A DNA stretch of 64,000 nucleotides, taken from NCBI GenBank assembly GCA_010909165.1, contig VJWM01000219.1, positions 62,001-126,000 on the forward strand, given 5' to 3'. Below are positions 1-12,295 of this stretch, piece by piece (position 1 is the first letter of the stretch; each line of letters opens with the position of its first letter). A program made the translations under genes and the position numbers. Under the pieces are notes generated by a model that was given only the letters and a program-made list of their open reading frames with translations, did not search any database and was not told the origin of the DNA. The stretch comes from Anthoceros angustus (lineage: Eukaryota; Plantae; Anthocerotophyta).

Positions 1-190
1 AGAGTTGGGTTAAGTAAGCTGAGACAAAAGCATCTTCACTCCGGGGAGGAGCATGGCAAAGAGTTGGGTTGAGCAAGTTGAGACGGGAAAGCATTTCACT
101 CCGGGGAGGAACATAGCAAAGAGTTGGGTTGAGCAAGTTGAGACGAGAGAGCATCTTCATTCAAAGGAGGAGCATGGCAAAGAGTTGGGC
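1..190. repeat. ~60-bp tandem repeat, about 3 copies, probably continuing left of the window
   Basis: Unit AGAGTTGGGTT(A/G)AG(T/C)AAG(C/T)TGAGAC...GGAGGA(G/A)CAT(G/A)GCAAA recurs at about 1, 60 and 120, with a partial copy at 181. No + strand frame stays open across it. Confidence 0.85.
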
Positions 191-716
191 AAACTGTATG
201 ATGGATTCCTGGCAAGGCTATGAACATCCTCACCAAAAATCACAGCAATGGGAGGTCAGGAGCATGCCTATCTGAATTTACAAACAGACAATTCGACCAT
301 TCACCGCCCCTGCTGCCTTGGTTCATGGCATCTTTCAGGAATCTCGCCTCCATACCCATTGTTGAGCATTGAGATGGTGTCTATTTTTTCTGCTCTAAAC
401 ATTGACATGCTCCCTTGAATGCTAGGCGCACGAAGGTTTGAGATGAAATCCCACACTCCAAAACACACGACAATCACTCACTTTCATTAGATTCGTCTTT
501 TAGCGGTTATCCCGACGGTCCTTTGGCTCATTTTTCATATATTTTATTAAAAAATTATTATTGATTTTTTTTAAAAAAATTTAAAATATAAGAAATCACG
601 AATATCTAGGTATCCAACGACCTATGACATGCTTGATTCTAACAAAAAGCTGCCCCTAAACGTTTCAAACTATCGACTTTGGGACCACGTCTCGACAGAT
701 TATTTAGATCTTTTGG

Positions 717-793
717 AGATGGCAGCGGTCCGACGGGTCGTTTAAGGGTTAACCATCTCCTAGAGATGGCAACGATCTGACGGGTCGTTTAGG
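717..793. repeat. Short direct repeat (~30 bp x2), possible MITE subterminal sequence
   Basis: GAGATGGCAGCGGTCCGACGGGTCGTTTA near 717 and GAGATGGCAACGATCTGACGGGTCGTTTA near 763. Confidence 0.55.
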
Positions 794-1077
794 AGCGCGG
801 ACAAACAGTGGGAACAGGGGTTAAGCAATCATTTCTAACGAAAAACAATTTAAACAAAAACCACCTAGACCGACCGAGGGGAGTACCTACAGTGGCGTGT
901 GTAGTTGTTGGAGCTTGGGAAAGCGATGATCCAATTGGAGATATGGGGGCTTCCTTAGGCGTTTGTGCTGCGTTGTCGGAAGTTGCTGAGGTTGTGAACC
1001 GAATCCGGTTCAGGAAGCCTTAGAGGCAGGTCAGGAGAAGGTGAGCAAAGGGACAGGCGGGAGAGAGTGAGGGGGAG

Positions 1078-2361
1078 ATGGGTGGTGTCAAAAAGCGCGC
1101 TAAGCAGGAAGGCAAGAAGGGGAGTGTGAATGAGCTTAAACAGGCTGGAGATGTGTTGGTTGGTCCCGCACGTATCTCCTGGAAGCCCGAGGTGATCCTG
1201 CTATCCGCGTTCCTCCTCCTCCTCTACGGTCTCCTCCTGGTGTTCATCGAGCTAGATAGCGAGTTGAAGAGACTGATATGGATCAGCCTGGGAATAAGCG
1301 TCGCAGCCTTTGCTCTGACTGTGCTCTTGATTCCTGTGTGTGCGCCATACGTGCTGAGGAAAGATATTTCCGGGTTTGACATCAACAAGAGGGGCTCAGC
1401 AGGGGGCAATGTGAAGATCCCGGAATCCATGGGTGCAGTGTCGGGCATTACGTTCTGCGTAGCTCTTTTCCTGTTTCTGTATTTCTACTTCCCACCGGAC
1501 TCGGAATGGCTGGTGGAGTACCTTGCTGCAATGGGGTCTATAATCTTCATGCTGCTGCTAGGGTTTGTGGACGACGTGGTGGACTTGCCGTGGCGTGTGA
1601 AGTTGTTGCTGCCATCTGCTGCGGCGCTGCCTCTCTTGATGGCTTATTCCGGGCACACCAGCATTTTGATCCCGAAACCGTTACGAGGCCTTGTAGGCCA
1701 TGAGCTGTTGGACCTGGGATGGATATACAAGCTTTACATGGGCTTGCTCACGGTGTTCTGCAGCAATTCCATCAACATTCACGCGGGAGTGAACGGGCTG
1801 GAGGTAGGCCAGACAGTGGCGATTGCAATGGCCATCCTGGTGCACAACATCTTGCAAGTGCAGGGTGTTGTAGGCTCCAGCGTGGAACCATTGTCACGGG
1901 AATTCGCAGAAAAGCAGCAAGCGCATGCGTTTTCCATCTACTTCATGCAGCCCCTGTTGGGATCCTGTCTAGGATTGCTTGCCTTCAACTGGTACCCCTC
2001 CTCGGTATTTGTCGGTGACTCATTCACCTACTTTGCGGGAATGGCGCTAGCCGTTGTGGGAATTTTAGGTCACTTCAGCGAGACTCTGCTGCTCTTTTTT
2101 GTACCTCAGATACTCAACTTTCTCTACTCTGTCCCCCAGCTCTTCAAGATCATCCCCTGCCCCCGGCATCGACTGCCCATTTTTGACCCAAACACAGGAC
2201 TTCTCACTGGCACCAAGGATTTGAATCTTGTTAATCTTTTCCTGAGGTGGTTTGGTCCCTGCACTGAGCTACAGCTGTGCCTCAGATTGCTCAGCTTCCA
2301 GGTTTTGTGCTGTGCTCTGGGCTTTCTTGTTAGGTACATTCTTACAGGCTGGTACAAGTGA
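1078..2361 (+). CDS. GPT: UDP-GlcNAc:dolichyl-phosphate GlcNAc-1-phosphotransferase (ALG7/DPAGT1), single exon
   Basis: 427-aa multi-TM ORF with glycosyltransferase family 4 motifs GFDINK, IPESMG, LLGFVDD, NSINIHAGVNGLEVGQ, FNWYPSSVFVGDSFTY and PCPRHRLP. Confidence 0.95.
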   Translation: MGGVKKRAKQEGKKGSVNELKQAGDVLVGPARISWKPEVILLSAFLLLLYGLLLVFIELDSELKRLIWISLGISVAAFALTVLLIPVCAPYVLRKDISGFDINKRGSAGGNVKIPESMGAVSGITFCVALFLFLYFYFPPDSEWLVEYLAAMGSIIFMLLLGFVDDVVDLPWRVKLLLPSAAALPLLMAYSGHTSILIPKPLRGLVGHELLDLGWIYKLYMGLLTVFCSNSINIHAGVNGLEVGQTVAIAMAILVHNILQVQGVVGSSVEPLSREFAEKQQAHAFSIYFMQPLLGSCLGLLAFNWYPSSVFVGDSFTYFAGMALAVVGILGHFSETLLLFFVPQILNFLYSVPQLFKIIPCPRHRLPIFDPNTGLLTGTKDLNLVNLFLRWFGPCTELQLCLRLLSFQVLCCALGFLVRYILTGWYK

Positions 2362-3426
2362 TAGTGCCTGGTTTACCGTCTGCGTGGGGTTTAGGTGGCC
2401 AAAGTCTGCTGGAGGCTTACCAGCAAGAAGGCTAAGCGCTTTGCGTATGTATGTCGTTCACCAATACCGATGTTGTTCGCTTTGAGGCGGATTTGCCATT
2501 TAAAAAATCATATGGTGCTTCCCGGGGAATGAGGTGAAACGCCTGGGCATTTGTTGATTGCCGATAGACTACTATTGGGACACTGTTATTTGTCCCCTCA
2601 AGCTATGAACGGCTGCATTTTTGGACTGAACTTGTCCTCGCAGCAAAATTTATGATCCTCTGGGAGATGCAGAGTACTACTGGCCATTTCCTTGGACAAG
2701 GATTTTTTTTTCTCCTTCCAGCCATGTCTTCTGCCGTCCTCTATCATCAAAGCTGAGGTTGTTCACATTACTCTGGATTCACAGCGGGACGTCGTGCAGC
2801 CCCCGTTGGAATATGAGCCCCAGAGTCAGAGGTACTCACCACTCCACACAACTTTTGTTGCGGCAGCCTTGCAGCCATTAGTACCAGGCGACCAAGCCCA
2901 GTCTCCTCATCTTCACGACCACCTAGCTGGCTACAGCAAGGCTTGGCGAAGAACAGACCTGCCTCGTACAAGCACGAATGTGACGTCTAATGCGCTAGTG
3001 ATGAGTCTTCAGGTTTCTGTAAAGCTGATTACCACAGCATCATCCCCACATCATTAGAGATTTGAGATCAAAATCCAACCTCGGACACAATTATCAACAA
3101 AACACATCTAATGACAAATCCGGAGGCATTTTGTGTCTTTATTAGGGAGTCAATCAACCAAAGTGCTTTAGGTTGTGCATTAGAAGGTCCTGGAAACACC
3201 TTCACATTTCTGGAAGTTCCAACTTGCCAAGCCGATTCCAAACAGACTGCTCTACCACTAGCTAGTGGTTAGACGCCGTACATGTGAAATTGTTCAGGGA
3301 GGATCAACATATATAGTACATATCTTTGCTATGCTAAAGTAGCTGCCCAAGCTTTGCTGTAATAAGAGAATCCAGTGACTGTCAATCCAAAAAGCCCAGC
3401 CAGCCATATATTACAGCATTCCAACA

Positions 3427-6400
3427 TCAAAATTGCAAGTGTTTCAAAAAGTCGAGTCCTGTGGTTTCTTGGTGGACAGTTGACGACGTTTCACCAGATC
3501 CTTCAGCTCCTGTGCCCTCCCGCGATTTGGCTACTAGAAGCTTCAGTGATTGCAGCAAACCCAGTGAAGAAGGTGGAACATCAATTCCACTGGAGGACAA
3601 ACCACTGTTTTCTATAGCCTGAGGCAAGGAACTGGAACTGGCCGCTTCTCCATCTCCCATCCACCCTTCTGTAGCTGTTCAGACCAACAATGAGCAAATA
3701 GCAAAAACCTACTTAGACCCTGGGACTGCCTTGGTCACGAAATCAGGACCCCAGCAATCTCTTTTACTTGGCAGGGCAGAAAGTTAGCCGGACTACCCCA
3801 TGGATACGGCTAAAAGCCCTGCAAAATCTACTACCACAAAAGACAGCTAGACAACCAACATATCCTACTGCGGACGTCACGGACAAAACGAATGGATTAG
3901 TTCTTTAAGGTAGTGTTTCGTATTGGAAAAACAACGGAAATCTAGAGCACCCAGTGTAAAATTGCGATATCACAGATGGGAATGCAAGCATGGAACATAG
4001 AGACTGGTCAAAGCCCCACCAACATATCCATACATAAAGCCGCATCAAATCCTTGGGTGCTTTCCACATACCGGAACCACCTGCTTCATTGAAGATGAAG
4101 CCATGAACTTCGTGCGGCTCCTTCACAAGAGCAGTTGATGATGATGCGTGCTCAGCAAAACCAGTCCCCGCGGTTGCTCGAGTCTGCTGGATGGTTGTTC
4201 AACAGTTAAATGTCAATGCGTGTATCATTTTTTGATCCACCTTCGGACACTTGTGACGTCTCCTGTACGCAGGGCACAGATGTATTATGACCACAAACCT
4301 GTGATCTTCCCTTGTTCTTTTTCGATCCACATAGCTCAGGCCGAAAGGTGCACTCAGCCATCTCCTGCTGCTTTATCTCATTTCGCAGAGCCTCAATCTT
4401 GGCCATCCCTTTCTCTCTATCCGCTATCAATATCCTGTACCACTGCCGACTTGAACTGCAAACAGACCCCAAGACATTAGGTGACCACTAGTGGGGAGAA
4501 CATCACACATCGTCGATACGATAAAATAGCTAAGTAGGCACCCGTATTGTCTTTTCCGAGCAGCCAAGTTTCTTGACAACTGATTCATTTTCCATGCATG
4601 CTGGTGTTCCAACACCCAGTCTTTGTTGTGTTCCGCGACAATACACCCACAAGCATGAGAACCCCTCCTCCCTCTGTGCTTCTGCGCACACAAGGGGTTA
4701 ACTCAAAAATATGCACGACTGTCAAGGCAAGCATTAGCTCCACCATTTCCTCGGGCAGAAAATGACACTAGCTGATATGGGAGCATCCATTTAACGAGGT
4801 ATCGTTCAATCGCATCAGATTTCCATCGTCTTCGAAAATATAGTTCAGGGTGGCCCAACGGGAACCATAAAACATGGAGTACTAAGCCCAGCTACCTATT
4901 TCCGGGAGGTGAAGTTACCTGGGAGGCTGCCATCACTTTAGCAAACTGCCGAAAGGACATTTGGCGCTCAGCTCCCAACTTCTTCACCACATCGAGATCC
5001 TTTACAACTTCAGCGCTTAGACGCCTGAAGTCGGCACTGTCCAGATGAACAACACCATCCTGAAACAAAAAGCGTTTGTGAAACACTGCCAGCTTATGAG
5101 CTTTGTACTGCGGGCTCAAGGACGAAGTCAATCAACCTTGTCATGGTCAAGGTGCTCAAAAATCTCCTGGAAGTTTCGGTGTTTCAGTTTCTCAACTATC
5201 TTCTGCGAGTTGTGTCCAACATAATGTACATGGCGCGCCTGTTTTCTCAACATGGCATCCCTTTCCAAACTTTGCTTCTTTTTCGCGTCAATGATAGATT
5301 TGAGTTGGTACAAAAAGTGTCCAATTGGGAGTGAGTTCGTGTTCCTCTGCAGTCCAAAAGGGAACGCTTCGAGTTAGGAAACACCAGGCCAGCAGTAGAA
5401 CGGGGTAGGCATAGCGTCTACTCAAACTGAATAGGCAGTACCAGAACCACTAAATGGACAACCATTCCTCAATGTCAGAGACACGAAACAAATGAAGCAG
5501 AGGTGGTGGCGGGCATCAAGTCTTACTGGAATGACAGGCCTGCGACCTGTGCGGGGTTTATACAACTCCTGACCCGTTACAGGATCTACCACCTTAAGCC
5601 GTTGCTCTTGCCAAGCTTTCTTCTTCTCAGTCAACCGTGAAGCATAATCCACCAGCCTGTCAAAGACGGTACCTTCCTCCTTAGCAGGAGGAGTCTTTTG
5701 AGGCCTCTTGTTGACCGTTGGCTGGAATGTGTATCTGCGGACCAGTGTAATTCAAGTCAAAATCAGGCTTGTCTAGATGGGACCTCAGGACCGAGCTGTG
5801 ACACGCACCAGAACAGGTCCAAAAGAACGAGACTTACTCGTCGGGGAACCACTGCACATACTCCGCTTGCCGTTTTTTACGATTCTCCGAATCCAGGTAG
5901 AGATGCTCAAATCGAGACGCTGTCCCAGCTTCACCAGCCTCGTCCTCATGTGCATTCACTTGAGGTTTGAAGGTGCACTCCATCAACTCGTGCGCCCAAA
6001 GCTAACCAACGCCGTTCCGAATTCAGAACATTTTCAAAAGAAAAGAAGGAAATCCGCAGCCAAAGCTAGGAGGCCAGAACTGACCTCTTTCCGCAACTCA
6101 TTGACGTGCTCCTGGATTGAAGGGTCGGCAGTGTGTAGTCGTAGCCAGTACTGCGCTTGGTCTTGTTTCAAGTTGTGCGAATGCTTGCTTCATAACCAAG
6201 GGGGCAAAAGTAAGTCAAATAGCAGGAGGATCTACTTGCTCTCTATCCCCATTCTCCCTTGATCTCAGTTCTGACCCCAACCTGACTTACGCTCACTTCC
6301 ATCACCACCATCCCCTAAGGATAGTTGTGCGTCTCCCATGACAGAAAGATTAGGCACCTAATTTTTGGAGTCCATGTTAGTCCTTCAACCTCCTTAGCTG

Positions 6401-7687
6401 CAGCTTCTTTCTTTTTCTGGTCAATCAGCTTCTTTCTCTGAACATTTTGATCAAGAGCCTCCTCATATAACAGCTCACCATAGTTCCTGAACTGCCTCGC
6501 CTTTCTTCCTCGCTTACGCATCAACCAATAGGAGTACTGTATAAAGCAAGCAAGTCGTTTTGGCGTCAATCCGCCAGTTCAGCAAGGAACTAGACTAAAT
6601 GTAGGACACAAGGAAAGCTGCCTCACCTTGGAGACAGCGCCCCGATTGGTTGCAACCTGGGTCTGGAAGTGTATCTCACTTTGCCTCCTGACTTCTTCCT
6701 GCCTCTTCTTTTGGGCCATGAACTCCGTGTAGAGCCGCATGTATATCGTTTTCTGAGTTTGCACGAGACCATAATAAGCATTGCTCCCAAAGTGCATCCA
6801 GCAACAACAGTTTCCCCCACCCCCCAGCGCGACAGGCAGGAGGGGACGTTGCACTTTACCGCCTTCTCAGATACAGGATCACTAAGCGAAGATTGCCGAC
6901 CCAAATCCCTCTTCCTCTGCGCTTCCTGCTCGACCAAGGTCTTGGAGTTGCTTGCATAGGTGTGGGAATGTATCCGCTCCGAGAATCTGCGATCGCCCTT
7001 CTTAGGGGCAGGTCTCTCAGACGTAGGAGTGTCTGCACGATCTCGGGATCGGGCAGACTGCGTCTTCCTCCCGTATCCCGGGTCACTCTTAACCGATGCA
7101 GGTCGTTTGGCCAGGCGTTGTGATGATGTGGACGAAGGCCCAGCTTCGTGTTGAAACACAAGGTCCTCATTGTCATCTTCACTGCAAGTTCAGGCTACCC
7201 ATGAGCAAAGGCCTGGACCCAAGTGTGACTCACACGGTACACCAGCACAAGAAGCAGCCTGCGTGCCCAGGAACAGTCTGGCAACCTTGACGCTAAAAGC
7301 AGATGCTTCAAAGCTGCACGCACTCTGGAATGCATGGAAGCAAGCTGGAAGCAGAAGAGTTTACATTATAGATATGAGATTGCTGACGATGTGCTCGGTG
7401 AGCGGCGTGACAAAATGGCTGGGCAGACCAAACTTGGTGCAGAATCTGCGAGCCACCTCCTCTGCCGACTCCCCTTCCACCATCTCAATATGTTCCACCA
7501 CGCCATCCGCAACCTCCACAGCGATATCCAAGAGCACTCTACTGCCATCTGCGATAACTCTGAGAACCGTTAGGTTGAGGAAAGAATGCACGACGCCAGC
7601 TCACGCAAAGCGCAAGCCCCGCGACGCAGGTCGCAGAAGGTGGGTCATGGAGTAACATCACTTACTGTGGTCACCCTCTTGTCTCAT
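3427..7687 (-). CDS. Uncharacterised multi-exon protein with repeated (E/Y)xTFxP motifs, coiled segments and an EF-hand-like motif
   Basis: Phase-compatible exons reconstructed by eye: MRQEGDH|NGSRVLLDIAVEVADG...ARRFCTKFGLP; LLYEEA...GLTWTPKI; ECTFKPQVN...FEHLYLDS; TFQPTVN...VFDRL; FQEIFEHLDHDK|DGVV; ECTFRPEL; last exon ends ...FLKHLQF*. Both ends are uncertain. Confidence 0.7.
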
Positions 7688-8876
7688 GACTAGTACCACG
7701 TGTTGCCAAAGCCAAATTCAGGCGCGCAGGCAACGTCATGTAGTCTACGGAGCGCCGGTCCCTAACATATCCTCCTCCCCTCCGCTTCCGCGCCCGATGA
7801 AGCTGGATTCATTCCGTCATTCCTCCCCTCCAGCCTGCAAATGCCGCACCTCCAGTGCTAGAGAAAATCATCCTCCGCCTCCCGCATCGCTAGCTGCCCA
7901 AAGCTCACGCTACGCCTCTCCAATCAGTTGGGCGGCCTCCCTTCCCGTCCCTCGCACCTGGGAGCCTCCCAACTTCGCATGCCGATTCCCAACTCCCAGT
8001 CGCATTGCGCATCAGCCTACTCCGACCCAGCCTGCCTCCTCCTGTGGCTCGCCTCCTCTCAAAATCGCGCAAAGCACAAGTGCCGGGGCAGGAGCGGACC
8101 TCGAGCAGAGCAGAGCCGCAATTTCTAAGAGCTGCGACCACTCCCGATCTGGCCGCAGCAACTCACTCACCAACTCAAGTCGAGGGAGGCGGCAGCAACC
8201 ACCTGGCCTGAAACCAACCGTGCGCGATCCAGCCGAGGCTCCGGGCAGCAGCAAGACGCGCCGTCTCGCTCCCTCCCTCCCTCATTCATCCCGGGCGCGA
8301 TCCTGGCAGGTTTCCGGCAGCAGCCGGGGCGGCGAGCAGCACCTGGCCGGGCAGCCGGGCGCGCAGCAGCCCAGGCCTGGACGCTGCTGCTGCTCAGGCT
8401 GCGCGGAAAGAGCAGAGGAAGGGGAGAAAGCCGGGGATGGATCGCAGCAGCGGTAGCGGTGCGAAGCAGGCGGGCTGGGAAGGGAAAGGGGAAGGGGAAG
8501 GCAAAGGCGATGGTCGGCCACGCAAAGGTAGAGCTGCGATGGCAAAAGGTCGCACGGGCGCGGCGCAGGTTGATCAGAAAGGGCGGGGCAGAGCATCATC
8601 GGGGCAGGCCATGCTAGCGTAACTTCCGTAACCCCGGGTTAAGCAGCGCGGCCATGGCCATCGCGTCCCTTCAACAGGCGCTGCCTGCCTGCCATTGCAC
8701 ACGCTCCTCCGGCACCGGGAGCTAGCTAGCCTGCCTTTCCTCCAGCACCGTGCATCCCGGTGGTTGCGCATGTCGCTTGGGGGTAACAAAAAATTAGGGC
8801 TGCTGCAATTGCAATGCCACTCCCCCAGGCTGCCTCCTCCTCCTACACACCAGCTCTGAGACGTCCCGGACGCGTC

Positions 8877-11252
8877 TCACAAGGCGTTGCTGCACACCCC
8901 CGGCTGGCGCACGATGAAGATCTCGTCTCCCCTGGGATCGCCGGCTCCGTCCTGGTTGCGGTGCCAAGTCCACAGCGCATGAGTCGCGTTCTCCACCTGC
9001 ATCCAGCAATTTGCACCACGTCTCATTCCAAGGCAATGCATTGCAAAAATCTGCAGGCAGGAGGATTCAAGCGGCAGCACTGCAGTCGAGCAGAGCTCAC
9101 CTGGAGAATGCCGTGGCCGAAGCTGGTTTCCCGCAGAGCGCTCCACTCCGGCTGGCGGTTCCAGCAGAAGCTCCCGGCGGCGGGGCCGAAGGTGAAGTTG
9201 AAGGCGCAGTTGAGGCCGGTCACGTCCTCCCCCTCGGGTGCGGAATCCTCCGGCGAGGGGCAGCCTCCGGGCTCGTCCGCGTGCGGGATGGACATCTTCT
9301 CGCGGTTGCCGCCGTCGCCGACGGTGATGTGAAGCGGCCCGCAAGGATCCAGAGTGTAGTTGTAGACGCGGTTCGTCCTCTCGTATGCGTGCACCTTCAG
9401 GCGGGGATATCGACGTTGTTGCAGCAAATCAGTCTCATGGATGCTCTCAAGACAGCTTGCAGGAATGAATCCGAGCTCTGCAATGAATGCTTTCACGGCA
9501 TCTTGCAAGAATCCGAGCTCTGCAATCACCGCAAGTCCCCGATCCGGGGATGCAACACTTACATGGCCTGCGAACACCACGTCCACGCCGCGGGAGTAGA
9601 GCAGGTCCTCCATCTCCAGCCGCATGCACTCGAATTCGCGGTAGTGCGAGCTATAGCTGTTGTACCAGGGAGGATGCCACACGGCAACCAGCCATGGCGT
9701 CACCTTCCTGTCCACCTTGGCCAGGTCCTTCTCCAACCACGCGTACTGCTCACCTGCAACACAGTCACTTCACATGAGGCCGTGTGATTGATCACAGGAC
9801 TGCTGCGCATCTGCAGGTGTCAGCCAGACTGAGGAGCTCGGGAGGCATCGGGGCTCACTTGAGCGGCGGTAGTCGACGTAGGCTCCGATCATGACCAAGT
9901 GAACGCCGCCTGCATCAAAGGAGTAGTACATGCTGGTGGGAGAGCCGCTTTCTTGGTAAGGCATGGCGAATCTGGCCTTGTAGGAGGCGTATGTGACGCC
10001 GTCCTTCTGCTCCTCGTACTCGTGGTTGCCTTGCGTCACCATCATCGGCACATGGCGCGTGAAAGGCTCAACAAACCTGCCACAACGATGGACAACATAT
10101 GTTGAAGCACGTCCAGTCCATTTTGAAGACTGTTCCATCCAAGCATTTGACATGCGGCAGCGAGAGTCACGTTGCACGCAAATCTGGATCTGGTTCGGCA
10201 TCACCTTACCTCCCCCAGTAGTCCCAGCGGGGCTGGTAGGTTTCGTGGATGGGAGTGATGTCGCCGAAGGCATCGGAATAGCTGGCGGAGCCCGTGCCGT
10301 TTGTGATGTAAAGATTGGCGTAGGTCAAGTCGCCGACCATCACGAGAAGGTCCGGCTTGTTCTCACTCATGTGCCCGAATGTGGTGGTGCTGTTGTAGGT
10401 GAGCCCCAGGTCCCCGATGAATGCAATTTTGCTGGGGTAGCTGCCTGCACTTGGAGCTGGGAGAGTCTTGAAGTGGTATTCGGGACTCAGGGCGGACAGA
10501 GCAGGGTCCCCGCACCTGTAGTAGTACTCCGTGTTCGGCTTCAATCCTGCATTTTACAAGGATCTCACTTCGATGAACAATTCCCAAGCTCCAACTTCCA
10601 AGAAAGTTCAGCTTTCAACTACTCTCCACAGAGGTGATGATTCCTGCACTGCATCCACATCCTTGCAGCTGCAAATTCATGTTGCTTCCTCACCTGTAAT
10701 TCGCACATGATGTATGATGCCCGACGTGTAGTTCAACACTCCCTCGAAGGGGTATATCTGGCTGTATACGAGGGAGCTTCCGGTGGCATTCCGTTCCAGA
10801 TCACCACTATGTTCTCCATACAGCACCACACTGGCCACCGAGGAGGGATCCAGAGGAGTCACCTCCGGGCCCAGCTGAGAGTCCCCTGCACCAGCACACT
10901 CCATGTCTTGGACAACTTCCAACCTCCCAACCATTATTGCAATTTCTAACCCTTATTATAACCAATTGAGGTGACAGTCTACACTGCAGGTCCATTAGTT
11001 CGCACCTGTGATCCACGACACCCACCGCGCATCCGGAGTGGACAGAGCCAGCCTGATCTGCTCGGGAAAAATGCCTTCAACCCGCTTCACCACCCGCTGA
11101 TCGTGCCCAGGCAGGTCCTCGCTGGGAGCCCCACGAAATGCGAACGGAACTGTGCGCGAGGAGAAGGGCCCATCCAGCGTCGACCTGACTGCACATTCTG
11201 CCACCCCGAGCAAACATACGAGCAGAACCAGAGTAAGACCCGCCCCCTCCAT
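8877..11252 (-). CDS. PAP: Secreted purple acid phosphatase, PAP15/PAP23 phytase-like group, multi-exon
   Basis: Signal peptide, PEQI, and the metal-ligand motifs GDLG, GDLTY, GNHE, VWHPPWY and GH|VH; C-terminus HALWTWHRNQD. Confidence 0.93.
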
Positions 11253-12295
11253 CTTTCAGCACGAAATGTCACGCTGTTGCCGCCTTCGACGGGGTGTTCG
11301 ACTGTCACGCCTTTTGGGCGGCACTGACGGATCTTCACCTCTGAATATTCATTCGCAGGCCAACCACCCATCCAGGCTCTTTTCAGGTGAGTTGTGAGAT
11401 ATATTGCTTTCTTTCTGGCAGAGTGGAGCAGTCCAATCGGACTGCGCAACATCGGACTGTGCATCTAATGCAGGCCAAAAACCGGCAGACAGGTTTCACC
11501 CAGAGTTAACCTAACCCCCTGCTAACCCTCTCTGTGGTTCGTGTATGCAGATACTTACATACAAACATGTATGCACAATAGTCCATACATACGTGGGTCA
11601 CAGACTTTGTCAGACTGCAAAGGTTCCCTACAGACTTTGTCAGAGGCATTTTGCACATGCCGATTCCGCAGCAATCAGTGTGAAGTCATCTTCCAGGAAT
11701 GTTCCACAAGCTGCCCTGCTCCCCAACTTGGTAGCCCTGGAGCTCCAACACCAGACTACTTCAACACCCAAGACTACTTCGGCTGGAGCCTGGAGCTTCT
11801 CTTGCCGTACGGCTCTTATGTACCCGTAGAGTCCTACGTAGAGTAATAACATGTTTTTTATTACCTGGAAGCCTGATTGCCTACTACCTACTCTACTGTA
11901 GTCTGTCCACAAGGCAGCCAAATCTGGCGGATTTCCCGGTTCCTGACCGTTTTTGTGCTCTCCAGGGGTATCCCGAAAGCTTCCAATCTGGGTGTCTCGA
12001 AGTGGAACACGTCTCGCTGCTGGTCGAGGATAGGGAAGTTTGAGCTTCTCTTCTATTAAGTCGGAGTTTCCATCACAGTGCTCCTACGTATCTGAGAGAG
12101 CCACCGGGGGCTCTATAAAAGCCAAGCTCTTGGACTGTGGCCGCTTCGTCGACCAGGCAGCGGCGGGGTTGAGCCGAGCACACAGCGTCAGGGCTGGAAG
12201 CGGAAGCTTGAGGGGATTGTCCGCTGCGGCGAGCTGCGTCTACTGCCTCACCTCCGTTTGGCTGCGCGAGGAAGGAGAGTGCGAGCTGCGGAGGC

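Noticed and set aside
1-190. 60-bp repeats as a CRISPR array
   Set aside because: Whole units are similar with no unique spacers, there are no cas genes, and the context is eukaryotic.
7686-8456. 256-aa + strand ORF
   Set aside because: Low-complexity Pro/Ser/Arg translation of a GC-rich leader region, with no recognisable motif.
9011-10637. Long + strand ORFs (258 aa and 214 aa)
   Set aside because: Antisense shadows of the GC-rich PAP exons.
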